From: Escherichia coli O157:H7
GTDB taxonomy: Bacteria; Pseudomonadota; Gammaproteobacteria; Enterobacterales; Enterobacteriaceae
Direction: 5' to 3' (one strand)
Assembly (NCBI RefSeq): GCF_013167455.1
Contig: NZ_CP038328.1
DNA length: 64,000 nucleotides
In this document: in pieces, positions 33,762 through 45,421 of the stretch
Layout: every line of letters begins with the position of its first letter
How positions within the stretch are numbered: position 1 is the first letter of the stretch
Position numbers and translations under genes: made by a program
The notes under the pieces: model-generated
Databases searched by the model: none
The model's input: the letters and a program-made list of their open reading frames with translations, nothing else
What the model was told of the DNA's origin: nothing

Positions 33762-35183
33762 ATGATGAGCAAAATAAACCAAACGGATATCGATCGGTTG
33801 ATTGAACTGGTCGGCGGGCGCGGCAATATTGCGACGGTGAGCCACTGTATTACTCGCCTGCGCTTTGTCCTCAACCAACCGGCCAATGCCAGACCGAAAG
33901 AAATTGAGCAACTCCCCATGGTGAAAGGCTGTTTCACCAATGCCGGGCAATTTCAGGTGGTGATTGGCACCAACGTGGGTGATTACTATCAAGCACTGAT
34001 AGCGTCAACCGGACAGGCGCAGGTTGATAAAGAGCAGGTAAAAAAAGCCGCCCGGCAGAATATGAAATGGCATGAGCAGTTGATCTCTCATTTCGCAGAG
34101 ATCTTCTTCCCGTTGCTGCCCGCGTTGATTAGCGGCGGTTTGATCCTCGGTTTTCGCAATGTGATCGGCGATTTGCCCATGAGCAACGGTCAAACGCTGG
34201 CGCAAATGTACCCTTCCCTGCAAACGATCTACGATTTTCTGTGGTTGATCGGTGAAGCGATCTTCTTCTACCTGCCGGTCGGGATTTGCTGGTCAGCGGT
34301 GAAAAAAATGGGCGGCACGCCGATCCTTGGTATCGTGCTTGGCGTGACACTGGTTTCCCCCCAACTGATGAACGCTTATCTGCTCGGGCAGCAGCTGCCG
34401 GAAGTGTGGGACTTTGGCATGTTCAGCATCGCCAAAGTGGGCTATCAGGCGCAGGTGATCCCGGCACTGTTAGCCGGGCTGGCGCTGGGCGTTATTGAAA
34501 CTCGCCTTAAACGCATCGTGCCGGATTACCTCTATCTGGTGGTGGTGCCCGTCTGTTCGCTGATCCTCGCGGTGTTCCTCGCCCATGCGCTGATTGGTCC
34601 GTTTGGTCGCATGATTGGCGATGGCGTTGCCTTTGCGGTACGTCACCTGATGACCGGCAGCTTTGCTCCGATTGGCGCGGCATTGTTTGGCTTCCTGTAC
34701 GCCCCGCTGGTGATCACCGGTGTACACCAGACCACGCTTGCTATTGATTTGCAGATGATTCAAAGCATGGGTGGTACGCCAGTGTGGCCGCTGATTGCGC
34801 TGTCGAATATCGCTCAGGGCTCCGCCGTGATAGGCATTATCATTTCCAGCCGCAAGCACAATGAACGCGAGATCTCCGTGCCTGCGGCGATCTCCGCCTG
34901 GCTTGGGGTCACTGAGCCTGCAATGTACGGCATCAACCTGAAATATCGCTTCCCGATGCTGTGCGCGATGATTGGTTCTGGTCTGGCAGGATTGCTATGC
35001 GGCCTGAACGGCGTTATGGCGAATGGCATCGGCGTAGGCGGCCTGCCGGGAATTCTCTCGATTCAACCGAGCTACTGGCAGGTGTTTGCGCTGGCAATGG
35101 CTATCGCCATCATCATCCCGATTGTACTCACCTCGTTTATCTATCAGCGGAAATACCGCCTGGGCACGCTGGACATTGTTTAA
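33762..35183 (+). CDS. treB: PTS trehalose-specific EIIBC component
   Basis: 473-aa translation with EIIB cysteine motif (..VSHCITRLR..) and a multi-pass EIIC domain. Confidence 0.9.
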   Translation: MMSKINQTDIDRLIELVGGRGNIATVSHCITRLRFVLNQPANARPKEIEQLPMVKGCFTNAGQFQVVIGTNVGDYYQALIASTGQAQVDKEQVKKAARQNMKWHEQLISHFAEIFFPLLPALISGGLILGFRNVIGDLPMSNGQTLAQMYPSLQTIYDFLWLIGEAIFFYLPVGICWSAVKKMGGTPILGIVLGVTLVSPQLMNAYLLGQQLPEVWDFGMFSIAKVGYQAQVIPALLAGLALGVIETRLKRIVPDYLYLVVVPVCSLILAVFLAHALIGPFGRMIGDGVAFAVRHLMTGSFAPIGAALFGFLYAPLVITGVHQTTLAIDLQMIQSMGGTPVWPLIALSNIAQGSAVIGIIISSRKHNEREISVPAAISAWLGVTEPAMYGINLKYRFPMLCAMIGSGLAGLLCGLNGVMANGIGVGGLPGILSIQPSYWQVFALAMAIAIIIPIVLTSFIYQRKYRLGTLDIV

Positions 35184-35232
35184 TTTTCTTCGGGGCGCAA
35201 TTGCGCCCCCTCGCATTTGCAGGAATAACGTA

Positions 35233-36888
35233 ATGACTAATCTTCCCCACTGGTGGCAAAACGGCGTTATCTACCAGATTTATCCAAAGAGTTTTCAGGA
35301 CACCACGGGTAGCGGCACCGGCGATTTACGTGGCGTTATCCAACGCCTGGACTATCTGCATAAACTGGGCGTTGATGCCATCTGGCTAACCCCCTTTTAT
35401 GTCTCTCCGCAGGTCGATAACGGTTACGATGTAGCGAACTATACGGCGATTGATCCCACCTACGGCACGCTGGACGATTTTGACGAACTGGTGACGCAGG
35501 CAAAATCGCGCGGGATTCGTATCATTCTCGATATGGTGTTTAACCATACCTCTACCCAACATGCCTGGTTTCGCGAGGCGCTGAACAAAGAAAGCCCTTA
35601 CCGCCAGTTTTATATCTGGCGCGATGGCGAACCAGAAACGCCACCGAACAACTGGCGTTCAAAATTTGGCGGTAGTGCGTGGCGCTGGCATGCGGAAAGC
35701 GAACAGTACTATTTGCATCTCTTTGCACCAGAACAGGCGGATCTCAACTGGGAGAATCCAGCGGTACGCGCAGAGCTGAAAAAAGTCTGTGAGTTCTGGG
35801 CCGATCGTGGGGTCGACGGGTTGCGCCTGGATGTGGTGAATCTGATCTCCAAAGACCCGCGTTTCCCTGATGACCTGGATGGCGACGGGCGTCGCTTCTA
35901 CACCGACGGGCCACGAGCACACGAGTTTTTGCACGAGATGAACCGCGATGTGTTTACGCCACGCGGGTTAATGACCGTAGGTGAAATGTCCTCCACCAGC
36001 CTTGAGCATTGCCAGCGATACGCGGCACTGACAGGCAGTGAATTGTCGATGACCTTTAATTTTCATCACCTGAAGGTCGATTATCCCGGTGGTGAAAAAT
36101 GGACGCTGGCTAAACCTGACTTTGTGGCGTTGAAAACATTGTTCCGCCACTGGCAACAAGGAATGCACAACGTAGCATTGAATGCCTTGTTCTGGTGTAA
36201 CCACGATCAGCCGCGCATTGTTTCTCGCTTTGGTGATGAAGGTGAATACCGCGTGCCTGCGGCAAAAATGCTGGCGATGGTGCTGCATGGCATGCAGGGA
36301 ACGCCGTATATCTACCAGGGCGAAGAGATTGGCATGACCAACCCGCATTTCACGCGCATTACTGACTATCGCGACGTAGAGAGCCTCAATATGTTTGCCG
36401 AGCTGCGCAACGATGGGCGTGATGCCGACGAGTTATTGGCAATCCTCGCCAGTAAATCCCGTGACAACAGCCGCACGCCCATGCAATGGAGCAACGGCGA
36501 TAATGCCGGGTTTACGGCTGGCGAACCGTGGATTGGCCTGGGCGATAACTATCAACAAATCAACGTAGAAGCCGCGCTGGCCGATGAGTCCTCGGTGTTT
36601 TACACCTACCAAAAGTTAATCGCACTGCGTAAGCAGGAAGCCATCCTGACATGGGGCAATTACCAGGATCTGCTGCCAAACAGCCCTGTATTGTGGTGCT
36701 ATCGCCGTGAATGGAAGGGGCAAACCTTGCTGGTCATTGCCAACCTTAGCCGTGAGATCCAACCCTGGCAGCCAGGGCAAATGCGCGGCAACTGGCAGCT
36801 TGTGATGCATAACTACGAAGAAGCCTCACCACAACCCTGTGCCATGACTTTACGGCCTTTTGAGGCTGTCTGGTGGTTACAGAAGTAA
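35233..36888 (+). CDS. treC: Trehalose-6-phosphate hydrolase
   Basis: GH13 translation MTNLPHWWQNGVIYQIYPKSF...; ORF track start is upstream, overlapping treB. Confidence 0.9.
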   Translation: MTNLPHWWQNGVIYQIYPKSFQDTTGSGTGDLRGVIQRLDYLHKLGVDAIWLTPFYVSPQVDNGYDVANYTAIDPTYGTLDDFDELVTQAKSRGIRIILDMVFNHTSTQHAWFREALNKESPYRQFYIWRDGEPETPPNNWRSKFGGSAWRWHAESEQYYLHLFAPEQADLNWENPAVRAELKKVCEFWADRGVDGLRLDVVNLISKDPRFPDDLDGDGRRFYTDGPRAHEFLHEMNRDVFTPRGLMTVGEMSSTSLEHCQRYAALTGSELSMTFNFHHLKVDYPGGEKWTLAKPDFVALKTLFRHWQQGMHNVALNALFWCNHDQPRIVSRFGDEGEYRVPAAKMLAMVLHGMQGTPYIYQGEEIGMTNPHFTRITDYRDVESLNMFAELRNDGRDADELLAILASKSRDNSRTPMQWSNGDNAGFTAGEPWIGLGDNYQQINVEAALADESSVFYTYQKLIALRKQEAILTWGNYQDLLPNSPVLWCYRREWKGQTLLVIANLSREIQPWQPGQMRGNWQLVMHNYEEASPQPCAMTLRPFEAVWWLQK

Positions 36889-36900
36889 ATCTTCCCTAAG

Positions 36901-36930
36901 CCCCGGTAATGCCGGTCATTCCGGGGTTTT
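36901..36930 (+). terminator. Intrinsic terminator after treC
   Basis: CCCCGG-TAATGCCGGTCATT-CCGGGG hairpin followed by TTTT. Confidence 0.5.
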
Positions 36931-37072
36931 GTCTGTCAGCATGTTGTTTTTGTTGATTTTTCAACCAGCAAATTCATTAAAAAATTTACATAACGCTGTA
37001 GCGCCCGTCATCCGTACGCTCTGCTTTTTACTTTGAGCTACATCAAAAAAAGTTCAAACATCCTTGATGCAA

Positions 37073-37134
37073 AGCACTATATATAGACTTTAAAATGCGT
37101 CCCAACCCAATATGTTGTATCAATCGACTATAAT
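37073..37134. promoter_or_regulatory. Two NrdR-box-like sites and a TATAAT -10 element upstream of nrdDG
   Basis: AGCACTATATATAGAC and ACCCAATATGTTGTAT spaced about three helical turns apart, followed by TATAAT. Confidence 0.5.
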
Positions 37135-37281
37135 TGCTACTACAGCTCCCCACGAAAAAGGTGCGGCGTTGTGGATAAGCGGATGGCGATTGCGGAAAGC
37201 ACCGGAAAACGAAACGAAAAAACCGGAAAACGCCTTTCCCAATTTCTGTGGATAACCTGTTCTTAAAAATATGGAGCGATC

Positions 37282-39420
37282 ATGACACCGCATGTGATGA
37301 AACGAGACGGCTGCAAAGTGCCGTTTAAATCAGAGCGCATCAAAGAAGCGATTCTGCGTGCAGCTAAAGCAGCGGAAGTCGATGATGCCGATTATTGCGC
37401 CACTGTTGCTGCAGTTGTCAGCGAGCAGATGCAGGGCCGCAACCAGGTGGATATCAATGAGATCCAGACCGCTGTTGAAAACCAGCTGATGTCAGGTCCA
37501 TACAAACAACTGGCTCGTGCTTACATCGAGTACCGTCACGATCGCGACATTGAACGTGAAAAACGCGGTCGCCTGAATCAGGAGATCCGTGGTCTGGTCG
37601 AGCAGACCAACGCCTCGTTACTCAACGAAAACGCCAACAAAGACAGCAAGGTGATTCCAACCCAGCGCGACCTGCTGGCCGGGATCGTGGCTAAACACTA
37701 TGCACGTCAGCACCTGCTGCCGCGTGACGTGGTGCAGGCACATGAGCGTGGCGATATTCACTATCACGATCTCGATTACTCACCGTTTTTCCCGATGTTC
37801 AACTGCATGTTGATCGACCTGAAAGGCATGCTGACCCAGGGCTTTAAGATGGGGAACGCCGAGATTGAACCGCCGAAGTCGATCTCTACGGCAACCGCGG
37901 TAACTGCGCAGATTATTGCTCAGGTTGCCAGCCATATTTATGGCGGCACCACCATTAACCGTATCGATGAAGTGCTGGCACCGTTTGTCACCGCCAGCTA
38001 CAACAAACATCGCAAGACCGCAGAAGAGTGGAACATCCCGGACGCCGAAGGCTACGCTAACTCTCGTACCATTAAAGAGTGCTACGATGCCTTCCAGTCG
38101 CTGGAGTACGAAGTAAACACCCTGCACACCGCCAACGGTCAGACGCCGTTTGTAACCTTTGGTTTTGGTCTGGGCACCAGCTGGGAGTCGCGCCTGATTC
38201 AGGAATCTATCCTGCGTAACCGTATCGCAGGCCTCGGTAAAAACCGTAAAACTGCGGTGTTCCCGAAACTGGTGTTTGCGATTCGCGATGGTCTGAACCA
38301 TAAAAAAGGCGATCCGAACTACGACATCAAACAGCTGGCGCTGGAGTGCGCAAGCAAGCGCATGTATCCGGATATCCTGAACTACGATCAGGTAGTGAAA
38401 GTCACCGGTTCGTTTAAAACCCCGATGGGCTGCCGCAGCTTCCTCGGCGTGTGGGAAAATGAAAACGGCGAGCAGATCCACGATGGTCGTAACAACCTCG
38501 GCGTGATCAGCCTGAACCTGCCGCGTATTGCTCTGGAAGCAAAAGGCGATGAAGCCACCTTCTGGAAGCTGCTGGATGAACGTCTGGTGCTGGCACGTAA
38601 GGCTCTGATGACCCGTATCGCTCGTCTCGAAGGCGTGAAAGCGCGCGTGGCCCCGATCCTCTATATGGAAGGTGCTTGTGGCGTGCGTCTCAATGCTGAC
38701 GATGATATTTCTGAAATCTTCAAAAACGGTCGTGCGTCTATTTCGCTGGGTTACATCGGCATCCACGAAACCATTAACGCGCTGTTCGGCGGCGAACATG
38801 TTTACGACAACGAGCAGCTCCGCGCGAAAGGTATCGCCATTGTTGAACGTCTGCGTCAGGCAGTGGATCAGTGGAAAGAAGAAACGGGTTATGGTTTCAG
38901 TCTCTACAGCACGCCGAGTGAAAACCTGTGCGACCGCTTCTGCCGTCTCGATACTGCTGAGTTTGGCGTGGTGCCGGGCGTGACCGATAAAGGTTACTAC
39001 ACCAACAGTTTCCACCTCGATGTGGAGAAGAAGGTGAACCCGTACGACAAGATCGACTTTGAAGCGCCTTACCCGCCGCTGGCGAACGGTGGTTTCATTT
39101 GCTACGGCGAGTATCCAAACATTCAGCACAACCTGAAGGCGCTGGAAGATGTCTGGGATTACAGCTATCAGCATGTACCGTATTACGGCACCAATACACC
39201 GATTGATGAGTGCTACGAGTGTGGCTTTACCGGTGAGTTCGAGTGCACCAGCAAAGGCTTCACCTGCCCGAAATGTGGTAACCATGACGCCTCCCGTGTG
39301 TCGGTAACTCGCCGCGTGTGCGGATATTTAGGTAGCCCGGATGCACGTCCGTTTAACGCCGGCAAGCAGGAAGAAGTTAAGCGCCGCGTTAAACATTTGG
39401 GAAATGGGCAGATAGGTTGA
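37282..39420 (+). CDS. nrdD: Anaerobic ribonucleoside-triphosphate reductase
   Basis: 712-aa translation with C-terminal glycyl-radical region and zinc-ribbon cysteines (CYECGF...CPKCG). Confidence 0.95.
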   Translation: MTPHVMKRDGCKVPFKSERIKEAILRAAKAAEVDDADYCATVAAVVSEQMQGRNQVDINEIQTAVENQLMSGPYKQLARAYIEYRHDRDIEREKRGRLNQEIRGLVEQTNASLLNENANKDSKVIPTQRDLLAGIVAKHYARQHLLPRDVVQAHERGDIHYHDLDYSPFFPMFNCMLIDLKGMLTQGFKMGNAEIEPPKSISTATAVTAQIIAQVASHIYGGTTINRIDEVLAPFVTASYNKHRKTAEEWNIPDAEGYANSRTIKECYDAFQSLEYEVNTLHTANGQTPFVTFGFGLGTSWESRLIQESILRNRIAGLGKNRKTAVFPKLVFAIRDGLNHKKGDPNYDIKQLALECASKRMYPDILNYDQVVKVTGSFKTPMGCRSFLGVWENENGEQIHDGRNNLGVISLNLPRIALEAKGDEATFWKLLDERLVLARKALMTRIARLEGVKARVAPILYMEGACGVRLNADDDISEIFKNGRASISLGYIGIHETINALFGGEHVYDNEQLRAKGIAIVERLRQAVDQWKEETGYGFSLYSTPSENLCDRFCRLDTAEFGVVPGVTDKGYYTNSFHLDVEKKVNPYDKIDFEAPYPPLANGGFICYGEYPNIQHNLKALEDVWDYSYQHVPYYGTNTPIDECYECGFTGEFECTSKGFTCPKCGNHDASRVSVTRRVCGYLGSPDARPFNAGKQEEVKRRVKHLGNGQIG

Positions 39421-39424
39421 TCTG

Positions 39425-39560
<136 letters not shown>

Positions 39561-39609
39561 TTGATTGCCTGATACAGCCTACACGCGGACTGATAAGCCA
39601 GGCGAAATA

Positions 39610-40074
39610 ATGAATTATCATCAGTACTATCCTGTCGACATCGTCAACGGTCCCGGCACTCGCTGCACCCTGTTTGTCTCCGGGTGTGTTCATGAATGCC
39701 CCGGTTGCTATAACAAAAGCACATGGCGGGTAAATTCCGGTCAGCCATTTACTAAAGCAATGGAAGACCAGATCATTAACGATCTGAATGACACTCGTAT
39801 CAAACGCCAGGGTATTTCCCTCTCCGGCGGCGATCCGCTGCATCCGCAAAACGTGCCGGATATTCTGAAACTGGTACAACGCATCCGCGCCGAGTGTCCG
39901 GGTAAAGACATCTGGGTGTGGACAGGCTATAAACTCGACGAACTCAACGCTGCGCAAATGCAGGTTGTTGATTTGATTAACGTGCTGGTCGACGGCAAAT
40001 TTGTGCAGGATTTAAAAGACCCTTCCCTGATCTGGCGCGGCAGCAGCAATCAGGTGGTGCATCATTTGCGATGA
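39610..40074 (+). CDS. nrdG: Anaerobic ribonucleotide reductase activating enzyme (radical SAM)
   Basis: 154-aa translation with CxxxCxxC cluster (CVHECPGC). Confidence 0.9.
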   Translation: MNYHQYYPVDIVNGPGTRCTLFVSGCVHECPGCYNKSTWRVNSGQPFTKAMEDQIINDLNDTRIKRQGISLSGGDPLHPQNVPDILKLVQRIRAECPGKDIWVWTGYKLDELNAAQMQVVDLINVLVDGKFVQDLKDPSLIWRGSSNQVVHHLR

Positions 40075-40118
40075 TAAGTTCCCTGTTACCTGAGTGCAGG
40101 CAACAGGGAAATGAGGAA

Positions 40119-40508
<390 letters not shown>

Positions 40509-40688
40509 TCACTTCCTTTTTTATTTACACTTCATCCTTCACACTGCCTCATCGACGACTACGCTCATTCGACCGGGTCACGTACTGCGAGTACGCTCCC
40601 CGGCCCTCATTCACTTTCCGTCTCGATGCAGTGCGAATGATTTTGTGTAATTTTTTAGTTTATAGCGCGGCAGGTCGCGCCAGTTTTT

Positions 40689-42041
40689 TTACTGTCCGGC
40701 GATTTTCATCTCCGGCAACAGCACAGAACCACACTGTATATTACTGCGTGTTTCAATATCGTTACCGACGGTGACAATATTGCGCCACATATCTTTTAAA
40801 TTACCTGCGATGGTGATTTCGCTAACCGGATACTGAATTTCGCCGTTTTCTACCCAGAAGCCCGCCGCACCACGGGAATAATCACCGGTAATTGCACTCA
40901 CGCCCTGGCCCATCAATTCCGTCACCACCAGCCCGGTGCCCATCTCTTTGAGCATCTGCTCGAAGCTTAGACCTTGTCCGGCAATCCGCCAGTTGTGAAT
41001 ACCGCCCGCATGTCCGGTGCTTTTCAGCCCCAGTTTCCGCGCCGAGTAGCTGGTCAGCAGCCACTGAGTCAGGATGCCATCTTTAATAATATCGCGACGC
41101 TCGGTGCGCACACCTTCGCTGTCAAATGGCGTCGATGCCAGCCCTTTCAGCAGATGCGGATGCTCTTCAATGGTCAGCCAGTCCGGCAGAATTTGTTTAC
41201 CCAGCGAATCCAGCAGGAAGGTAGATTTACGGTAAACCGATCCACCCGCTATCGCCCCCACCAGATGCCCAAAAAGCCCGGTTGCCACTTCATTGGCAAA
41301 AATGACCGGCGCTTTCATGGTGGAGAGTTTACGCGGTGACAGACGCGATAAAGTACGGCGAGCGCAATCGGCCCCGACCCACTCTGGCGTCTGCAAATCG
41401 CTCATCGCGCGGCCAATGGTGTAGGCGTAATCACGCTCCATATCGCCATTTTCTTCGGCAATTACACAGCTGGAGAGCGAATGACGCGTTGAGCAGTAAC
41501 CCTGCAACATGCCGTGGCTGTTGCCAAAAACTTTGACACCGTAGTGGCTGTTAAAGCTGCCACCTTCGGTATTGGTGATGCGTTTGTCCGCCTGCAATGC
41601 CGCCTGTTCTGCGCGGGCCGCCAGTTCAATGGCTTCATCCGGGGAAACTTCCGCAGGGTGGAACAAGTCGAGATCCGGTGCGTCAAAGGCCAGCAGCTCT
41701 TTGTCTGCCACGCCGGCACAGGGATCTGGCGAGGTATAACGGGCAATATCCAGCGCCGCCTGTACAGTACGGGCAATGGCCTGCGGGCTTAAATCGGTGG
41801 ATGATGCGCTACCTTTGCGGTTCTGGTGATAAACAGTGATCCCCAGCGCGCCATCGCTATTGAATTCAACATTCTCCACTTCACCATAACGCGTGCTTAC
41901 GCTAATGCCGGTGGTCTTGCTGACGGCAACTTCCGCACCGTCCGATTTGCCTGAGGCCAACTCCAGCGCAGTGGAAACTGCTTCTTCCAGAATCTTGCGC
42001 TGCGCTTCAACTTGAGAGATTACTTTCATTGCAAGTGCCAT
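40689..42041 (-). CDS. pmbA: Metalloprotease PmbA (TldE)
   Basis: 450-aa translation; TldD/PmbA family. Confidence 0.9.
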
Positions 42042-42134
42042 AATGTAGAGAGTTTCTCTGAAGTCTAACAGAGAACCGTTTTTCAGTGCGCATCTTAACT
42101 GGTAACATTAGCCTCTTTTTTTAAGGAGCCTGAG

Positions 42135-42686
42135 ATGACTAAGCAGCCCGAAGACTGGCTCGACGACGTTCCCGGTGATGACATCGAAGACGAAGACGAT
42201 GAAATTATCTGGGTCAGTAAAAGTGAAATTAAACGTGATGCCGAGGAGCTAAAACGCCTTGGCGCGGAAATTGTTGATCTGGGGAAAAACGCGCTGGATA
42301 AGATCCCGTTAGATGCGGATCTGCGCGCGGCTATTGAGCTCGCCCAGCGTATTAAGATGGAAGGTCGCCGCCGCCAGTTGCAGCTCATCGGTAAGATGCT
42401 GCGCCAGCGCGATGTAGAACCGATCCGTCAGGCGCTGGATAAGCTGAAAAACCGTCACAACCAGCAGGTGGTGCTGTTCCATAAACTGGAAAACCTGCGC
42501 GATCGTCTGATCGATCAAGGTGATGACGCCATCGCTGAGGTATTAAATCTGTGGCCCGATGCCGATCGTCAGCAACTGCGTACTCTGATCCGCAACGCGA
42601 AGAAAGAGAAAGAAGGGAATAAGCCGCCGAAATCCGCACGCCAGATTTTCCAGTATCTGCGCGAACTGGCGGAGAATGAAGGGTAA
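42135..42686 (+). CDS. yjgA: Ribosome-associated protein YjgA (DarP)
   Basis: 183-aa translation with acidic N-terminus, divergent from pmbA. Confidence 0.85.
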
Positions 42687-42699
42687 TTTTCGTTGTTGA

Positions 42700-42830
42700 T
42701 GTGAGTATGGTTTGCCGGATGCGGTGCACCTGTAGGCCTGATAAGACGCATCAAGCGTCGCATCAGGCACTATGCTCAAATGCCGGATGCGGCGTGAACG
42801 CCTTATCCGGCCTACGCACACTATCTCAGG
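42700..42830. repeat. REP/BIME elements between yjgA and mpl
   Basis: Repeated GCCGGATGCGG...CCTTATCCGGCCTAC / GCCTGATAAGACGC...GTCGCATCAGGC units. Confidence 0.75.
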
Positions 42831-42841
42831 CTGAGGCCGAA

Positions 42842-44215
42842 TTACTGCGCAGCTTCCGCCTTCTTCGCCAGACCATCCAGTAGTTTCTGATGGATCCCAC
42901 CAAAACCGCCGTTGCTCATCACCAGAATATGGTCGCCAGGCTGAGCGGTTTTCACCACCATATCTGCCAGCGTATCCACATCGCCACTCCAGTGTGCAGG
43001 CTGAACGCAGGCTTCTGCCACTTCTGCCACCTGCCACGGAATATGCGCCGGTTGCAGCAGGAAGACTTCATCGGCACGACCTAATGAAGGTGCCAGATCG
43101 TCTTTGCAGATCCCCATTTTCATGGTATTCGAGCGCGGCTCCAGCACAGCAATAATGCGCGCCGTACCACCAACTTTGCCACGCAGCGCCGCCAGCGTTG
43201 CCAGAATCGCCGTCGGATGATGGGCAAAATCGTCATATACCGTGACGCCATTCGCTTCACCACGCAACTCCAGACGGCGGCGAGCGTTAATAAACGAACC
43301 CAGCGCGTTAGCGGCATCTGCCGGCGCTACACCAACATGGCGAGCCGCTGCAATCGCCATCAGGCCATTGTGCATATTATGTTCGCCTACCAGCGACCAT
43401 TTCACTTCGCCCACTTTTTCGCCATCCAGCAAAACTTCCCATTCGGAAGCATCGGTGGTCAGCTTTTTCGCCTGCCAGTGACCCTGCTCACCCACCAGCT
43501 CCTGCTCGCTCCAGCAGCCCATCGCCATGGTCTGTTTCAGGTTGATGTCATTTTCCGGCCAGATAATACGACCCTGCCCCGGAACGATACGCACCAGATG
43601 GTGGAACTGTTTCTGGATCGCTTTCAGGTCGTCAAAGATATCGGCGTGATCGAACTCAAGGTTGTTGAGGATCAGCGTACGCGGGCAGTAATGGACAAAT
43701 TTAGAGCGTTTGTCGAAGAAGGCGCAGTCGTACTCATCCGCTTCGATAACAAAGAAGTCGCTTTCGCCCAGACGCGCCGAAACCTCAAAGTTCCCCGGCA
43801 CACCGCCGATTACAAAGCCCGGTTTGTAACCACACTGTTCCAGAATCCAAGTCGCCATTCCCGCGGTGGTGGTTTTGCCGTGTGTACCGGCAACGGCCAG
43901 CACCCAGCGGTCGCGCAGCACAAAATCGTGCAGCCACTGTGGACCTGACATATAAGGGATGTTTTTTTCCAGTACCGCTTCCACACACGGATTTCCACGG
44001 GTCATGGCGTTGCCAATAATCACCAGATCCGGCTGCGGGTCGAGCTGGCTGGCATCGTAACCCTGAATCAGCTCAATGCCTTGCTTCTCAAGTAAGGTGC
44101 TCATCGGCGGATACACATTGGCGTCCGAACCCGTTACTTCATGGCCTAACTGGCGCGCCAGCATCGCCAGACCGCCCATAAACGTGCCACAAATTCCTAA
44201 AATATGAATGCGCAT
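42842..44215 (-). CDS. mpl: UDP-N-acetylmuramate:L-alanyl-gamma-D-glutamyl-meso-diaminopimelate ligase
   Basis: 457-aa Mur-ligase-family translation (MRIHILGICGTFMGGLA...). Confidence 0.9.
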   Translation of the reverse strand: MRIHILGICGTFMGGLAMLARQLGHEVTGSDANVYPPMSTLLEKQGIELIQGYDASQLDPQPDLVIIGNAMTRGNPCVEAVLEKNIPYMSGPQWLHDFVLRDRWVLAVAGTHGKTTTAGMATWILEQCGYKPGFVIGGVPGNFEVSARLGESDFFVIEADEYDCAFFDKRSKFVHYCPRTLILNNLEFDHADIFDDLKAIQKQFHHLVRIVPGQGRIIWPENDINLKQTMAMGCWSEQELVGEQGHWQAKKLTTDASEWEVLLDGEKVGEVKWSLVGEHNMHNGLMAIAAARHVGVAPADAANALGSFINARRRLELRGEANGVTVYDDFAHHPTAILATLAALRGKVGGTARIIAVLEPRSNTMKMGICKDDLAPSLGRADEVFLLQPAHIPWQVAEVAEACVQPAHWSGDVDTLADMVVKTAQPGDHILVMSNGGFGGIHQKLLDGLAKKAEAAQ

Positions 44216-44390
44216 GCGTCACTATCCTTTTTTAATCTGCCGCTCATTTTACGCATATGTCGGGCAAGTGAGAAACGCATTTCAGGATAATCCGTAATTT
44301 GCTGGCGCGATTCACCTGAGCGCAACATTGAGATTATTTGTTAAGATTGTTGCGGTCGCTTTACTCCATAAACATTGCAGGGAAAGTTTT

Positions 44391-45389
44391 ATGAAAACGT
44401 TAGGTGAATTTATTGTCGAAAAGCAGCACGAGTTTTCTCATGCTACCGGTGAGCTCACTGCTTTGCTGTCGGCAATAAAACTGGGCGCCAAGATTATCCA
44501 TCGCGATATCAACAAAGCAGGACTGGTTGATATCCTGGGTGCCAGCGGTGCTGAGAACGTGCAGGGCGAGGTTCAGCAAAAACTCGACTTGTTCGCTAAT
44601 GAAAAACTGAAAGCCGCACTGAAAGCACGCGATATCGTTGCAGGCATTGCCTCTGAAGAAGAAGATGAGATTGTTGTCTTTGAAGGCTGTGAACATGCAA
44701 AATACGTGGTGCTGATGGACCCACTGGATGGCTCGTCCAACATCGATGTTAACGTCTCTGTCGGTACCATTTTCTCCATCTACCGCCGAGTTACGCCCGT
44801 CGGCACGCCGGTAACGGAAGAAGATTTCCTCCAGCCTGGTAACAAACAGGTTGCGGCAGGTTACGTGGTATACGGCTCCTCTACCATGCTGGTTTACAGT
44901 ACCGGATGCGGTGTTCACGCTTTTACTTACGATCCTTCGCTCGGCGTTTTCTGCCTGTGCCAGGAACGGATGCGCTTCCCGGAGAAAGGCAAAACCTACT
45001 CCATCAACGAAGGAAACTACATTAAGTTTCCGAACGGGGTGAAGAAGTACATTAAATTCTGCCAGGAAGAAGATAAATCCACCAACCGCCCGTATACCTC
45101 ACGTTATATCGGCTCACTGGTTGCGGATTTCCACCGTAACCTACTGAAAGGCGGTATTTATCTCTACCCAAGCACCGCCAGCCACCCGGACGGCAAACTG
45201 CGTTTGCTGTATGAGTGCAACCCGATGGCATTCCTGGCGGAACAAGCGGGCGGTAAAGCGAGCGATGGCAAAGAGCGTATTCTGGATATTATCCCGGAAA
45301 CCCTGCACCAGCGCCGTTCATTCTTTGTCGGCAACGACCATATGGTTGAAGATGTCGAACGCTTTATCTGTGAGTTCCCGGACGCGTAA
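44391..45389 (+). CDS. fbp: Fructose-1,6-bisphosphatase class I
   Basis: 332-aa translation [15 protein letters not shown]...; ORF track start is 21 codons upstream. Confidence 0.95.
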   Translation: MKTLGEFIVEKQHEFSHATGELTALLSAIKLGAKIIHRDINKAGLVDILGASGAENVQGEVQQKLDLFANEKLKAALKARDIVAGIASEEEDEIVVFEGCEHAKYVVLMDPLDGSSNIDVNVSVGTIFSIYRRVTPVGTPVTEEDFLQPGNKQVAAGYVVYGSSTMLVYSTGCGVHAFTYDPSLGVFCLCQERMRFPEKGKTYSINEGNYIKFPNGVKKYIKFCQEEDKSTNRPYTSRYIGSLVADFHRNLLKGGIYLYPSTASHPDGKLRLLYECNPMAFLAEQAGGKASDGKERILDIIPETLHQRRSFFVGNDHMVEDVERFICEFPDA

Positions 45390-45421
45390 TCTCCTGCGCC
45401 TCTCCACACGGAGAGGCGATT

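Noticed and set aside
36940-37080. Possible FNR binding sites upstream of nrdD (TTGATTTTTCAACC, TTGATGCAAAGCAC)
   Set aside because: Matches to the TTGAT-N4-ATCAA consensus are partial in the second half-site; I cannot support a confident call without a PWM scan, although anaerobic regulation of nrdDG is expected.
37780-39285. 501-aa ORF antisense to nrdD
   Set aside because: Fully contained in the nrdD coding region on the opposite strand; composition typical of a shadow ORF; no independent signals.
43217-43948. 243-aa plus-strand ORF inside mpl
   Set aside because: Antisense to mpl; spurious.
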